The translations under genes were made by a program, and so were the position numbers. The notes under the pieces are model-generated. The model was not told the origin of the DNA and searched no databases. It saw nothing but the letters and a program-made list of their open reading frames with translations. From an uncultured Ruminococcus sp. (GTDB lineage Bacteria; Bacillota; Clostridia; Oscillospirales; CAG-272), in contig CAZLED010000003.1 of the NCBI GenBank assembly GCA_964558485.1, positions 4,571 to 68,570 of the forward strand: DNA of 64,000 nucleotides, read 5' to 3'. Each line of letters opens with the position of its first letter. The stretch's first letter is position 1. Positions 1-10,613 of the stretch are shown here, piece by piece.

Positions 1-1777
<1,777 letters not shown>

Positions 1778-1789
1778 CTACCCCATAGG

Positions 1790-2290
1790 CTCCGGCGTTT
1801 GGGCGTGGGCAAATCGGTCGGAGTAGTGGCTGACGTGTGGTGGTCTGATGCGGCAAGGTTTTGGTAAAACGAATGTAGGGCGGCGACCCATGTATGGGTC
1901 AACCTACCCTTGGTATTCTCATCGCTCTCAGGTGACAACATCCCGCCGTCGAACGTCTATGTTTGGATTGTATTGGTTGGTACAAACGTACATTTTAATG
2001 TATAAATTTCGTATATCTGATACCCATGTAGAATACCAATTTATTTGGCAACAGAATGTTTGTTTTGGTGAATACCCATATCGTACGGTCGAACACGTCA
2101 GACGGCGGGATGTTGTCAGCCAAGAGCGATGAGAATACCAAGGGTAGGGTCATCCCGCCCTACATGCGGCGTACAAAATCGATTTTGTAGCGATACCCAT
2201 GAAGGAACACCCCAAAACCCCAACGCCAGTTTGAAACCAACCCCCATCGTGGGTTCCGCAGAAAGGGAGTACAAACTTCCTTCCCCCTTG
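1790..2290. repeat. Dispersed intergenic REP/REPIN-like element, copy A
   Basis: 48-bp inverted repeat 1903-1950 / 2101-2148 with 3 mismatches, and outer ATGTAGGGCGG/CCGCCCTACAT at 1873-1883 / 2155-2165. Homologous to about 35.9-36.3, 57.6-58.1 and 61.3-62.1 kb. Confidence 0.85.
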
Positions 2291-2475
2291 TTACCCACAT
2301 TATACTCCATGCGCCCCGTAAAATCCATAGGGATTTGGTGAATTTTTTCTTTTGGTGAAAAATCAAACGATCTTGTGGACTGTCCGGCGGCGTATTCGGC
2401 TTGCATAAAAAATAATCACCAAAAAATGACGTAAATTTTTGTGACAACATACAGCGAAAAATGTCTCTGTAGGAA

Positions 2476-2504
2476 TTGACAAATACGGTTTGGATGTGTA
2501 TAAT
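2476..2504 (+). promoter_or_regulatory. SigmaA promoter of the solute-binding protein gene
   Basis: TTGACA-17 nt-TATAAT. Confidence 0.75.
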
Positions 2505-2611
2505 AAGGTATATCCTAAATCTAAAAAAAATGGTGAAACCCGTTATCGTTCTTCTATGGTGAAAACCGATTTCGATAGAATTTGCGTGGTTTGGCTTTAT
2601 AGGAGGTTCCT

Positions 2612-4108
2612 ATGATGAAAATGAAAAAACACACCCTCGCTGCTCTGTTTTTAGCACTTGTGACGCTGTTGCCGTCTCTGCTGGCTTGCTCCTCCGGCGG
2701 CGGTACCGAAACCACACCTACGGCAGATCTGTCTACCGATACCACAGCCGTAGTGGAGACCGAAGAGACCGAGCTGATGCCCGACATCCCGGAGCTGGAC
2801 TTCGGCGGTGAACAGTTTATGTTCCTGACCTCTGACGAAAACGACGACAATGGCGTGGACTGGATGACCTATGACGTGTGGGTAGAGAACACTACCGGTG
2901 ACGTGATCAACGACGCTGTGTTCGAACGGAACCTGTATCTGGAAGACACCTACAATATCAAGATGGCAGAGTTCCAGGGCGTTACGGATACCTTGGCAAA
3001 ACAGGACGTGACGGCCGGTACCGGTGAATACGATGCCGTCATGACCAATATCGTAGACGCAGCCAGCATGGCACAAAGTGGGTATACACTCAGTATGTAC
3101 GACCTGCCCTATGTGGATCTGACCAAGCCGTGGTGGGACCAGGGCTGTGTAGAAGACCTGGAGCTGTACGGCGAGATCTACTTTGCCACCGGTGACATCA
3201 CGGTCATCGACAACGACGCCACCTGGGTGCTGATGTTCAATAAGCAGATCTACCAGGAGAACGGCTTTGACAATATTTATGACAGAGTAAGAGCCTACGA
3301 CTGGCTGTATGACGATATGCTGGAAATGATGTCTGCTGCTGCCAGAGACGTAAACGGTGACGGCAAAATGGCACACGCCGATGACATTTTCGGCTTCGCT
3401 ACCTCGGATGACTCCGGTCAGGGTCTGTTCTATGCATCCGGTGAAAAGCTGGTGTACAAGGACAGCGATGGTTCTCCGTACCTGTGTGAATCGGCAGACC
3501 GTATGGTCGGCGTGGTAGAAAAGGCCGGTAAGATGATGTCCGACAAGAACGTGACCGTGCTGACCTCTGTGGTTGGTACCTCCGATGGTCTGCGGCAGCT
3601 GTTTGAAGAGGGCAGAGCACTGTTCTTCGGCGAAGTTATGCAGTGCATCACCCGTATGCGGGAAAGCGAAACGGACTTCGGTCTGATTCCGTGGCCTCGT
3701 TATGACGAAGACCAGGACGGCTATCACCACTTTGTACATGGTACTGCCGGTAAGGTCGTGACCATCACCTCCGCTGTACAGGATCAGGAAATGTCCGGTG
3801 CGATCATCGAAGCCATGGCAGCCAAGTCCATGTACACCCTGACCCCGGCCTACTACGACGTAGCCATCACCCGGAAGTCCATGAGAGACGAAGAATCCAT
3901 CGAAATGCTGGATATCATCCTGCAGGACAGACGGTATGACCTGGGCTATATCTACAACTGGGGCAGCCTGTACTCCAACATTCGTACCATCATTATCGGT
4001 GGTAAGGACACCTTTGCTTCCACTTGGGAAAAGTCTCAGAACTCCTTCAACACCGCTATGGAAAAGACCATGACCAAGTACGAAGAACTGGCCGCACAGC
4101 GTGGCTGA
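2612..4108 (+). CDS. Extracellular solute-binding lipoprotein (carbohydrate ABC type, orphan)
   Basis: Lipobox LLAC, T/E-rich linker, DFGG / DLTKPWWD / G.ALF / DFGLIPWP motifs. RBS GGAGG. Confidence 0.85.
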   Translation: MMKMKKHTLAALFLALVTLLPSLLACSSGGGTETTPTADLSTDTTAVVETEETELMPDIPELDFGGEQFMFLTSDENDDNGVDWMTYDVWVENTTGDVINDAVFERNLYLEDTYNIKMAEFQGVTDTLAKQDVTAGTGEYDAVMTNIVDAASMAQSGYTLSMYDLPYVDLTKPWWDQGCVEDLELYGEIYFATGDITVIDNDATWVLMFNKQIYQENGFDNIYDRVRAYDWLYDDMLEMMSAAARDVNGDGKMAHADDIFGFATSDDSGQGLFYASGEKLVYKDSDGSPYLCESADRMVGVVEKAGKMMSDKNVTVLTSVVGTSDGLRQLFEEGRALFFGEVMQCITRMRESETDFGLIPWPRYDEDQDGYHHFVHGTAGKVVTITSAVQDQEMSGAIIEAMAAKSMYTLTPAYYDVAITRKSMRDEESIEMLDIILQDRRYDLGYIYNWGSLYSNIRTIIIGGKDTFASTWEKSQNSFNTAMEKTMTKYEELAAQRG

Positions 4109-4168
4109 TCCAATCAATACTCGAACCGGTATGGGGACGACCTGTACCGGCAGCGCATAAAATCGAAC

Positions 4169-4202
4169 AAAAAAGGACCTTGCGGAAACAAGATCCTTTT
4201 TC
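4169..4202. terminator. Bidirectional intrinsic terminator
   Basis: AAAAAGGACCTTG-cggaaa-CAAGATCCTTTTT between convergent genes. Confidence 0.7.
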
Positions 4203-4221
4203 TTATAGGTATTGTCTTACC

Positions 4222-5148
4222 TTAGTGCTTCTTGGAAACAGCGTAACCAGCAGCAGATACGATAGCAGCAACAGCAGCGATCACACCGGCGTCAAAGGTC
4301 TGGGGAGCAGCAACCGTGGTTTCAGCAGCAGCGTCTACGACTTCAGCAGCAGCTTCGGTCTCAGCTTCGGTTTCAGCAACGATCTCGTCGCCCAGGGTCA
4401 CGTTCCAGTACAGGTACTTGCCGTCTTCGTTGATACCACCAACAGCAACGTCAACCGGGTTAGCGGTGTCGTCCATAGCAGGCATATACAGGGAGTAGAA
4501 AATGAATTCGTCACCAGCCATACGCTTTGCGCCTTCGGGCATGATGTCGGACCATGCGAACTTGGTTTCGTATACGGTCACACCGTTTTCACGGGAGATG
4601 GCGATGTCGCTGTAAGCAGGCTTGCCGCCAACTTCCAGAGAAGTGCCGGTCTCAACGCTTTCGTTGTAAGCCAGGATCTTGCCATCGTTGTTCATACCAA
4701 CCAGGATCTTGGTGATGGAGTCGGTGATCTCCTTGTCAGACAGCGTCATCCAGATAAAGGAAGTGCCCTGCCATACAGCGGCTTCACTGCCTTCGGGGGT
4801 GGCGTTGTAGGTAGTCTTGGTCTCTACTACGGAGCAGTAGTACAGATAGTTGTCGTCCCAACGCAGGTAGGTGTCCATAGCGGTGGGCAGCAGATCGTCG
4901 GATTCCAGCAGTTCCGGTCTGTCAGCAGCGCACAGGCTCAGGTAAGCGGCACGATCTTCCTTGGTGAAGGAGGAGATGGGAGAAGAACCCCATTCTTCTT
5001 CGGAGAACTTACCGTCGATCTTGGGAGCGTTAGAGATGGCTTCGATCTCGATGTCAACGGTACGGCCGGTAACGTCGACAGCAGAGGTGGAGATGGCAGC
5101 AGAAGCAGCCATTGCTGCAACCAGCAGCAGCGTGATAACCTTTTTCAT
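4222..5148 (-). CDS. Secreted DOMON/CBM9-like sugar-binding protein with APQTFD C-terminal sorting signal
   Basis: Signal peptide, APKIDG...EW motif, acidic linker, then APQTFD, a hydrophobic helix and a KKH tail. Confidence 0.7.
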   Translation of the reverse strand: MKKVITLLLVAAMAASAAISTSAVDVTGRTVDIEIEAISNAPKIDGKFSEEEWGSSPISSFTKEDRAAYLSLCAADRPELLESDDLLPTAMDTYLRWDDNYLYYCSVVETKTTYNATPEGSEAAVWQGTSFIWMTLSDKEITDSITKILVGMNNDGKILAYNESVETGTSLEVGGKPAYSDIAISRENGVTVYETKFAWSDIMPEGAKRMAGDEFIFYSLYMPAMDDTANPVDVAVGGINEDGKYLYWNVTLGDEIVAETEAETEAAAEVVDAAAETTVAAPQTFDAGVIAAVAAIVSAAGYAVSKKH

Positions 5149-5353
5149 GATGGGTCTCGCTTTCGTGGATTGGATATTTGCTTACACCGCCATGTTGAAG
5201 GAGCGGTGCGAAACAAGTCTATTATATCACGTTTCGCCCGAAAAAGCAAGAGAAAATCGAGAAATATTACATTTTGTAAACATAATGAATGCACAGAGAT
5301 TTACGGAAGCATACTGGGACGGAGCGACATTGCCAGATCACCATGATCCCACC

Positions 5354-5386
5354 AAAAAGGACACCGGTCAAACCAGTGTCCTTTTT
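5354..5386. terminator. Intrinsic terminator downstream of the fucosidase
   Basis: AAAAAGGACAC-cggtcaaacca-GTGTCCTTTTT. Confidence 0.7.
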
Positions 5387-5405
5387 GCTTCTTATCTCAA
5401 ACTGC

Positions 5406-6689
5406 TTACTTCACTTCCACCGCATACAGCCACTGACACCGCACGTCTTCCGGGTCGATGGGTGGGAATACCAGCTCTGCCTGGCCACCGTGATCCCGTA
5501 CCGTGATGGGTGCATCCGGGGCAGCAAGCAGCGTTGCCGTAAGTCCCGGACGATAGGGAATATGCGCCAGGGTGCGGGTGCCAAAGGGGAACCGGTTCAG
5601 GATCGCATAGGTGGTCTCGCCCTTCTTCGTGTAGTACACGCCGTCCTCGTTTTCCTTGGTGTATACCTCCGTGTCGTAGATGGCTTCCCCATTGACGGAC
5701 AGCCACTGTCCCATTTGCAGCAGCCGCTCCTCCATGATCACCGGAATGGTGCCATCTGCCGCCGGACCAATATTCAGTAGGAAGTTGCCACCCTTGGACA
5801 CTAAGGAACACAGTGTCTCGATGCATTCCTTGGGGCTCATGTAGTCCGCCGTGGTCTCGATCCGGTTGATGCCAAAGGATTTGCCAATGCCCCGGCATTC
5901 CTCAAAGGGTCGATCCAGCACCACATCCTCGATCCGCTGATTGCCGGTGATGTAGCCGTATTCCGTGGTGAAGTTGCCGCCTAGGTGCCCTCTGGTCTCC
6001 TTGCCCCACCGGTCGTTGGGCACGATGAAGTCCCGGACAGAGGATTCGTTGTACAGCCAGGAGAGAAATTCCGTGGAGTGCCAGGTTTCACTGGGATGAT
6101 CCCATTCGCCGTCGGTGAACAGGGTCCAGGGCTGGTACCGCTCGATCAGCTCCTGCAGCATGGGGTGCAGATGCTCTATGGCATACCGCTCCGGGCTTTC
6201 CAGATACAGGGGATTGACCCATTCGTACACCGAGTGGTACACGCCAAACTTCACGCCGGTGCCCTCCATGGCTTCCCGCAGCTCCATGCAGAAGTCCCGA
6301 TGGGGACCCACATCCCAGCTGTTCCAGTTCCAGGCGTACTTGGAAGGATACAGACAGAACCCGTCGTGGTGCTTGGAGACCAGATTGATGTACTTGGCAC
6401 CGGAATCCCGGAACAGCTTGGCCCAGGCGCTCGCATCAAAGAGCTCTGCCGTAAAGCCGGAGACAAAGTCCTCGTAGGTCTTGCCGGGATAGACTCTGTC
6501 GTGGAAGGCTCTCACCGGGTGATCGGGATGCTGCATCTGATCCCGGTACCATTCGGCGTACTGCCCTCTTGCGGTGTAGCCCGGCACCGAGTACAGACCC
6601 CAGTGGATAAAGATACCAAATTTTGCCTTGCCGAACCAATCCGGCACCGGACGTGCATTCAACGATGCCCAGTTGTTTTCATACATCAT
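5406..6689 (-). CDS. Alpha-L-fucosidase (GH29)
   Basis: KFGIFIHWGLYSVP, KHHDGFCLY and LLNIGP.ADGTIP motifs. Confidence 0.92.
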   Translation of the reverse strand: MMYENNWASLNARPVPDWFGKAKFGIFIHWGLYSVPGYTARGQYAEWYRDQMQHPDHPVRAFHDRVYPGKTYEDFVSGFTAELFDASAWAKLFRDSGAKYINLVSKHHDGFCLYPSKYAWNWNSWDVGPHRDFCMELREAMEGTGVKFGVYHSVYEWVNPLYLESPERYAIEHLHPMLQELIERYQPWTLFTDGEWDHPSETWHSTEFLSWLYNESSVRDFIVPNDRWGKETRGHLGGNFTTEYGYITGNQRIEDVVLDRPFEECRGIGKSFGINRIETTADYMSPKECIETLCSLVSKGGNFLLNIGPAADGTIPVIMEERLLQMGQWLSVNGEAIYDTEVYTKENEDGVYYTKKGETTYAILNRFPFGTRTLAHIPYRPGLTATLLAAPDAPITVRDHGGQAELVFPPIDPEDVRCQWLYAVEVK

Positions 6690-6741
6690 ATGGTGTGACC
6701 TCCACTTTTTATTTCTAACTTCTTATTTTTCACTTCTGACT

Positions 6742-7701
6742 TCACTCCACATCCGGTACTACCTCAGCCGGGGGTTCGTCCAGCTGCCAGGGATTGCGGA
6801 AGATGCTCTTCAGATACCGCATGGCAGAGGCATAGTAGTACCCGTCGCAGATCCGCTCGTCCAAAACGAAGGTATAGTCAATGTAGGATTTGCGCTTGAC
6901 GACTCCCTGTGCGTCCGGCTCATAGACACGGCGCTTGGCACCAAAGGCAAAGAACACCGGGCAGGTACCAAAGTCGTACAGGTGGTGGTAGATGGGGGGA
7001 ATGCCCAAAGAGCCCATGGACGTGATGAAATAGGAGCAGTGGAAGGGGCTCAGGTCGGTGAGGAACCGGGGGATCAGCCCAAAATAGTCCATGGCACGCA
7101 GCAGTGCAATGACCGCCTTCAGCAGCAACGCCGGGATCAGGCTCAATACCTTGGCGGTGCTGTCGAAGCTGCCGCCGGGATCCTCTCTGTACCCCACGAT
7201 CTTTTCGTTCAGGGCATTGTATACGTCTTCGATGGTGGCGTCCGGCAGCAGACTGATCTTCACCACGGTGTCCGGGGATTCCAGCGACATTTCCTTCTTG
7301 ATGGTCAGAGACACATCCACGTGCCGCTTGGTCCACACCCGTTGTCCCCGGATAAATCGGTTCAGAGCAGGACGAGCCGCCACCAATCGGATATAGGCTG
7401 CGATCATGATGTGCATCATACTGATGTTGGTCATGCCGGCCTGCTGCTTTTCCTTCATATATTTTTCCAGCTTCTCCACATCCAGGGAGTCGGAGATAAA
7501 GTTCTGGGAGCCTACCCGGTCCACCATGATAAAGGGGATCATAGCGGCCATAGGCGAAATGCTTTTGACACGCCGGGCTTCCTTGATCTTCTTTTGCTTT
7601 TTCGGCTTTTTCGGTGTCGTAGTATCCGGCGCAGCGGTTTCCGATAGATCCTGTTCCTTTGGCATGGCTTCGTCTGTTACAGTGGTTTTCGTGATGTCCA
7701 T
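6742..7701 (-). CDS. 2-oxoacid dehydrogenase E2-like acyltransferase catalytic domain protein, no lipoyl domain
   Basis: P.LNRF, FITSMGSLG and DERICDG (canonical DHRxxDG). Confidence 0.7.
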   Translation of the reverse strand: MDITKTTVTDEAMPKEQDLSETAAPDTTTPKKPKKQKKIKEARRVKSISPMAAMIPFIMVDRVGSQNFISDSLDVEKLEKYMKEKQQAGMTNISMMHIMIAAYIRLVAARPALNRFIRGQRVWTKRHVDVSLTIKKEMSLESPDTVVKISLLPDATIEDVYNALNEKIVGYREDPGGSFDSTAKVLSLIPALLLKAVIALLRAMDYFGLIPRFLTDLSPFHCSYFITSMGSLGIPPIYHHLYDFGTCPVFFAFGAKRRVYEPDAQGVVKRKSYIDYTFVLDERICDGYYYASAMRYLKSIFRNPWQLDEPPAEVVPDVE

Positions 7702-7890
7702 TGGTATACCTCTCCCAAGGTGACCGTGACCAGGCCCACCTTGCTATTCTCATATTTCGCATCTATACAACCATTATACCATGGATCGTCAAAAAATGCA
7801 ACCGTTTTTTTCCCCATGGAGAAAATCAAATGTGCGGTCGTCCACATAGAAAACCCACAATATTTTTGCCGATACCCTTTGCCAATACTC

Positions 7891-7919
7891 TTGACAAGGC
7901 GGCAAAAAGGTGCTATAAT
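7891..7919 (+). promoter_or_regulatory. SigmaA promoter of the candidate antitoxin sRNA
   Basis: TTGACA-17 nt-TATAAT with extended -10 TG. Confidence 0.85.
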
Positions 7920-7924
7920 AGAAA

Positions 7925-8080
7925 CAACAAGAGGTGGTCGTCAAACCACCCCATGTTGCTGGTAGCCCAACAAAACGGCTGCCACACTTATGTACAAAAT
8001 TAGGAATTACGAGTTGGAAGTTATCGCTTCCGTCTCAACCCAGTGAGCCATTCTGTGTGGGACAGACGGCTCACTTTTTC
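7925..8080 (+). ncRNA. Candidate type I antitoxin sRNA, about 155 nt
   Basis: Own promoter, three hairpins (GGTGGT/ACCACC, TGGTAGCC/GGCTGCCA, GGAAG/CTTCC) and terminator GTGAGCC...GGCTCAC-TTTTT. Convergent with the peptide ORF. Confidence 0.65.
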
Positions 8081-8190
8081 ATTGTATCATCGTAATGAAA
8101 TTCCTTGTACAACTTGTAGCTATACCAAACGATAGCTAAAAATGCACCGATGCACTTCAAAACGTAGTATGCAACTTCTAAAGCAAACAT
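8071..8190 (-). CDS. Small hydrophobic peptide, candidate type I toxin (39 aa)
   Basis: Manual translation MFALEVAYYVLKCIGAFLAIVWYSYKLYKEFHYDDTMKK. RBS GAAAGGGGG upstream. Confidence 0.7.
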   Translation of the reverse strand: MFALEVAYYVLKCIGAFLAIVWYSYKLYKEFHYDDTMKK

Positions 8191-8330
8191 TTCTATGTGA
8201 CCCCCTTTCACGAGAAATCCCGTGAAGAAAGCACTCGAAACATCCATCACCTCCTCTCCGGCAGAAACGAACTTTCTTGCACGGTTCAGGGGACAGCCGT
8301 CTTATATGTTTGTTGGATTATCCATGGGAT

Positions 8331-8360
8331 ATTATAGCATATATTGGCGGTATTTGTCAA
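8331..8360 (-). promoter_or_regulatory. SigmaA promoter of the candidate toxin mRNA
   Basis: Minus strand TTGACA-18 nt-TATAAT with extended -10 TG. Confidence 0.75.
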
Positions 8361-8531
8361 TGGAAAATGGAAATATAATTCCTGCAAAATGGATCCAACA
8401 TGGCAGAAGTTTCTGCGCACGTCGGATCCTTTTTATACCCGTACGTTTCGGGTATAAATTTACAATCATGTCACAAAATCCATCTTGTACTATGCTATAA
8501 TGGTGTCACCACAGACGCTGGATAAAGGTCT

Positions 8532-8795
8532 GTGCCTATCCCATTCGCTCCATCTCACAAGCGAACGACCGGGCGCAAAATCGTCCGATCAAGCCGCATT
8601 GGTGCCGGTGCCGACCATGGCGTTCTCAGAGTTGCAGAGGATGCCACGCCGGAAGCCTTCACTTCGCGGAACGTTTTTTTTGTGTGCTGCAGAAGTTTTC
8701 TGCTGCAGAATTTTACTGTTGCAGATGTATCTGTTGAAGATTTTTCTGCTCAGAATGTATTCTGCCAACGAAGGAGGGGATTTTTTCTTTTATGA
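8532..8795 (+). promoter_or_regulatory. Candidate leader-peptide / attenuator region of the ABC exporter operon
   Basis: GTG-start 87-codon ORF whose TGA overlaps the ATPase ATG. Hairpin plus T8 at about 8650-8681. Extended -10 at 8493-8501. Confidence 0.4.
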
Positions 8796-9782
8796 TCGAA
8801 TGCGAACACATTTCCAAAACCTTTCGGGTTGCCAGACGAAATGGCGGCATGGGCGCAGCGGTGAAGGCGCTGTTCCGGCGGGAATACACCGACCTGAAGG
8901 CCCTGGACGACATTTCCTTCACCATTGCCGACGGAGAGATGGTGGGGTACATCGGACCAAATGGCTCCGGCAAAAGCACCACCATCAAGATCATGAGCGG
9001 CATATTGCACCCGGATATGGACGGCGGTATCTGCCGGATCGATGGGCGTATCCCCTGGAAGGAGCGGCGAGCCCACGTGCAGCACATCGGTGTGGTGTTC
9101 GGCCAGCGGTCGCAGCTGTGGTGGGACGTGCCGGTGCTGGGATTCCTTCGAGCTGCTCCGGGACATCTACCAGATCGATCCGGTTGTGTATCGGCGCAAC
9201 GTGGACGAGCTGACCGAATGCCTGCAGCTGTCCGAGATCTTGCGTACCCCCGTGCGGCAGCTTTCCTTGGGCCAGCGGATGCGGTGCGAGATCGGTGCGT
9301 CGCTGCTTCACGATCCGTCCATCCTCTTTTTGGACGAACCTACCATCGGTCTGGATGCGGTATCCAAGATCGCAGTCCGGGACTTCATACGCCACCGGAA
9401 CGAAGCGCACGGTACCACGGTGATCCTGACCACCCACGATATGCAGGACATCGAAGCCCTGACCAAACGGATCCTGCTCATCGGCAAGGGGCATATCCTG
9501 CTGGACGGCTCTCTGGATACGCTGAAAAACCAACACGCCGAGGTACGAAAGATCACCGTCACCCACACCGGCAGCTGCACCGAGACCGAGCCACTACCTG
9601 TAGGTCTGACTGTGCTGGAGACACAGCCGGGGCGTACCGTATTTGCCGTGGATACCACCGTGCTGGGCGTGTCGGCTGCCATTGGCGTGCTGTCGAACCG
9701 GTTGGAGATCACCGACCTGTCGGTCACCGGTGCTACGGCAGAGGAGCTGGTGGTGTCGCTCTACAAGGAGTTTGCCATATGA
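8792..9782 (+). pseudogene. ABC exporter ATP-binding subunit with an apparent +1 frameshift near 9139
   Basis: Walker A GPNGSGKST is in one frame. LSLGQRMR, ILFLDEPTIGLD and the H-loop are in the next. An extra G in CTGGGATTCC breaks VPVLDSFEL. Confidence 0.85.
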
Positions 9783-10609
9783 CAAAGACATCCATATGGG
9801 GCAGTCTCCAAAAATACATCACCTTTTTCCGGATCCGGTTCACGGCTGGGCTCCAATACCGGGCAGCGGCACTGGCTGGCATCTCCACCCAATTTGCCTG
9901 GGGTCTGTTTACGGTGCTGCTGTACAAGGCCTTTTGGGAAGGGGACCCGAATGCCTTTCCCATGGGCATGGCGCAGGTCGCTACCTATATGTGGCTGCGG
10001 CAGGCCTTTCTCAGCCTGTTCAACAGCTGGCAGACCGATGCTTCCATTTTGTCCGACATCACCGGTGGGAACATCGCCTATGAGCTGACCCGGCCGCTGA
10101 ACCTGTATGCCCTGTGGTTCACCAAGACCCTATCCGTGCGAACGGCCAATGCGGCACTGCGTTTTTTGCCGGTGCTGCTGGTGGCGGCTCTGGTACCGGC
10201 TCCCTATGGGATGCTGCCGCCGGCCGGTGTGGCAGGACTGTTTGGCTTTCTTATCACCATGGTGCTGGGTACCCTTGTGACCTGTGCGCTGGTCAGGTTC
10301 ATCTATATCTGCACCTTTTACACCATGCAGCCCTTGGGCGTACGGATGGTGTTCAATGCCATCACGGATTTTTGCGCCGGCAACCTGGTTCCCCTGCCGT
10401 TTCTGCCTGCCGGGATCGCTGCGGTGTTGGAGTACACGCCCTTTGCCGCCATGCTGAACTATCCCTTCCGGATCTACTGCGGCCACATCGCCGGGGCAGC
10501 TATCTGGCGGTGCATGGGACTGCAATGCTTCTGGCTGGTGGTACTGGTGATGCTGGGGAGCTTTCTGCTGCAACGTGCGCTTCGCCGTGCTGTGATCCAG
10601 GGAGGTTGA
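9779..10609 (+). CDS. ABC-2 family exporter permease
   Basis: MTKTSIWG... multi-TM, G.IAYEL.RP motif. ATGA overlap with the ATPase stop. Confidence 0.85.
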   Translation: MTKTSIWGSLQKYITFFRIRFTAGLQYRAAALAGISTQFAWGLFTVLLYKAFWEGDPNAFPMGMAQVATYMWLRQAFLSLFNSWQTDASILSDITGGNIAYELTRPLNLYALWFTKTLSVRTANAALRFLPVLLVAALVPAPYGMLPPAGVAGLFGFLITMVLGTLVTCALVRFIYICTFYTMQPLGVRMVFNAITDFCAGNLVPLPFLPAGIAAVLEYTPFAAMLNYPFRIYCGHIAGAAIWRCMGLQCFWLVVLVMLGSFLLQRALRRAVIQGG

Positions 10610-10613
10610 TGGG

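Noticed and set aside
8792-10609. Apparent 605-aa ATPase-permease fusion
   Set aside because: Artefact of the frameshift near 9139. The middle is out-of-frame sequence and the permease has its own ATG at 9779.
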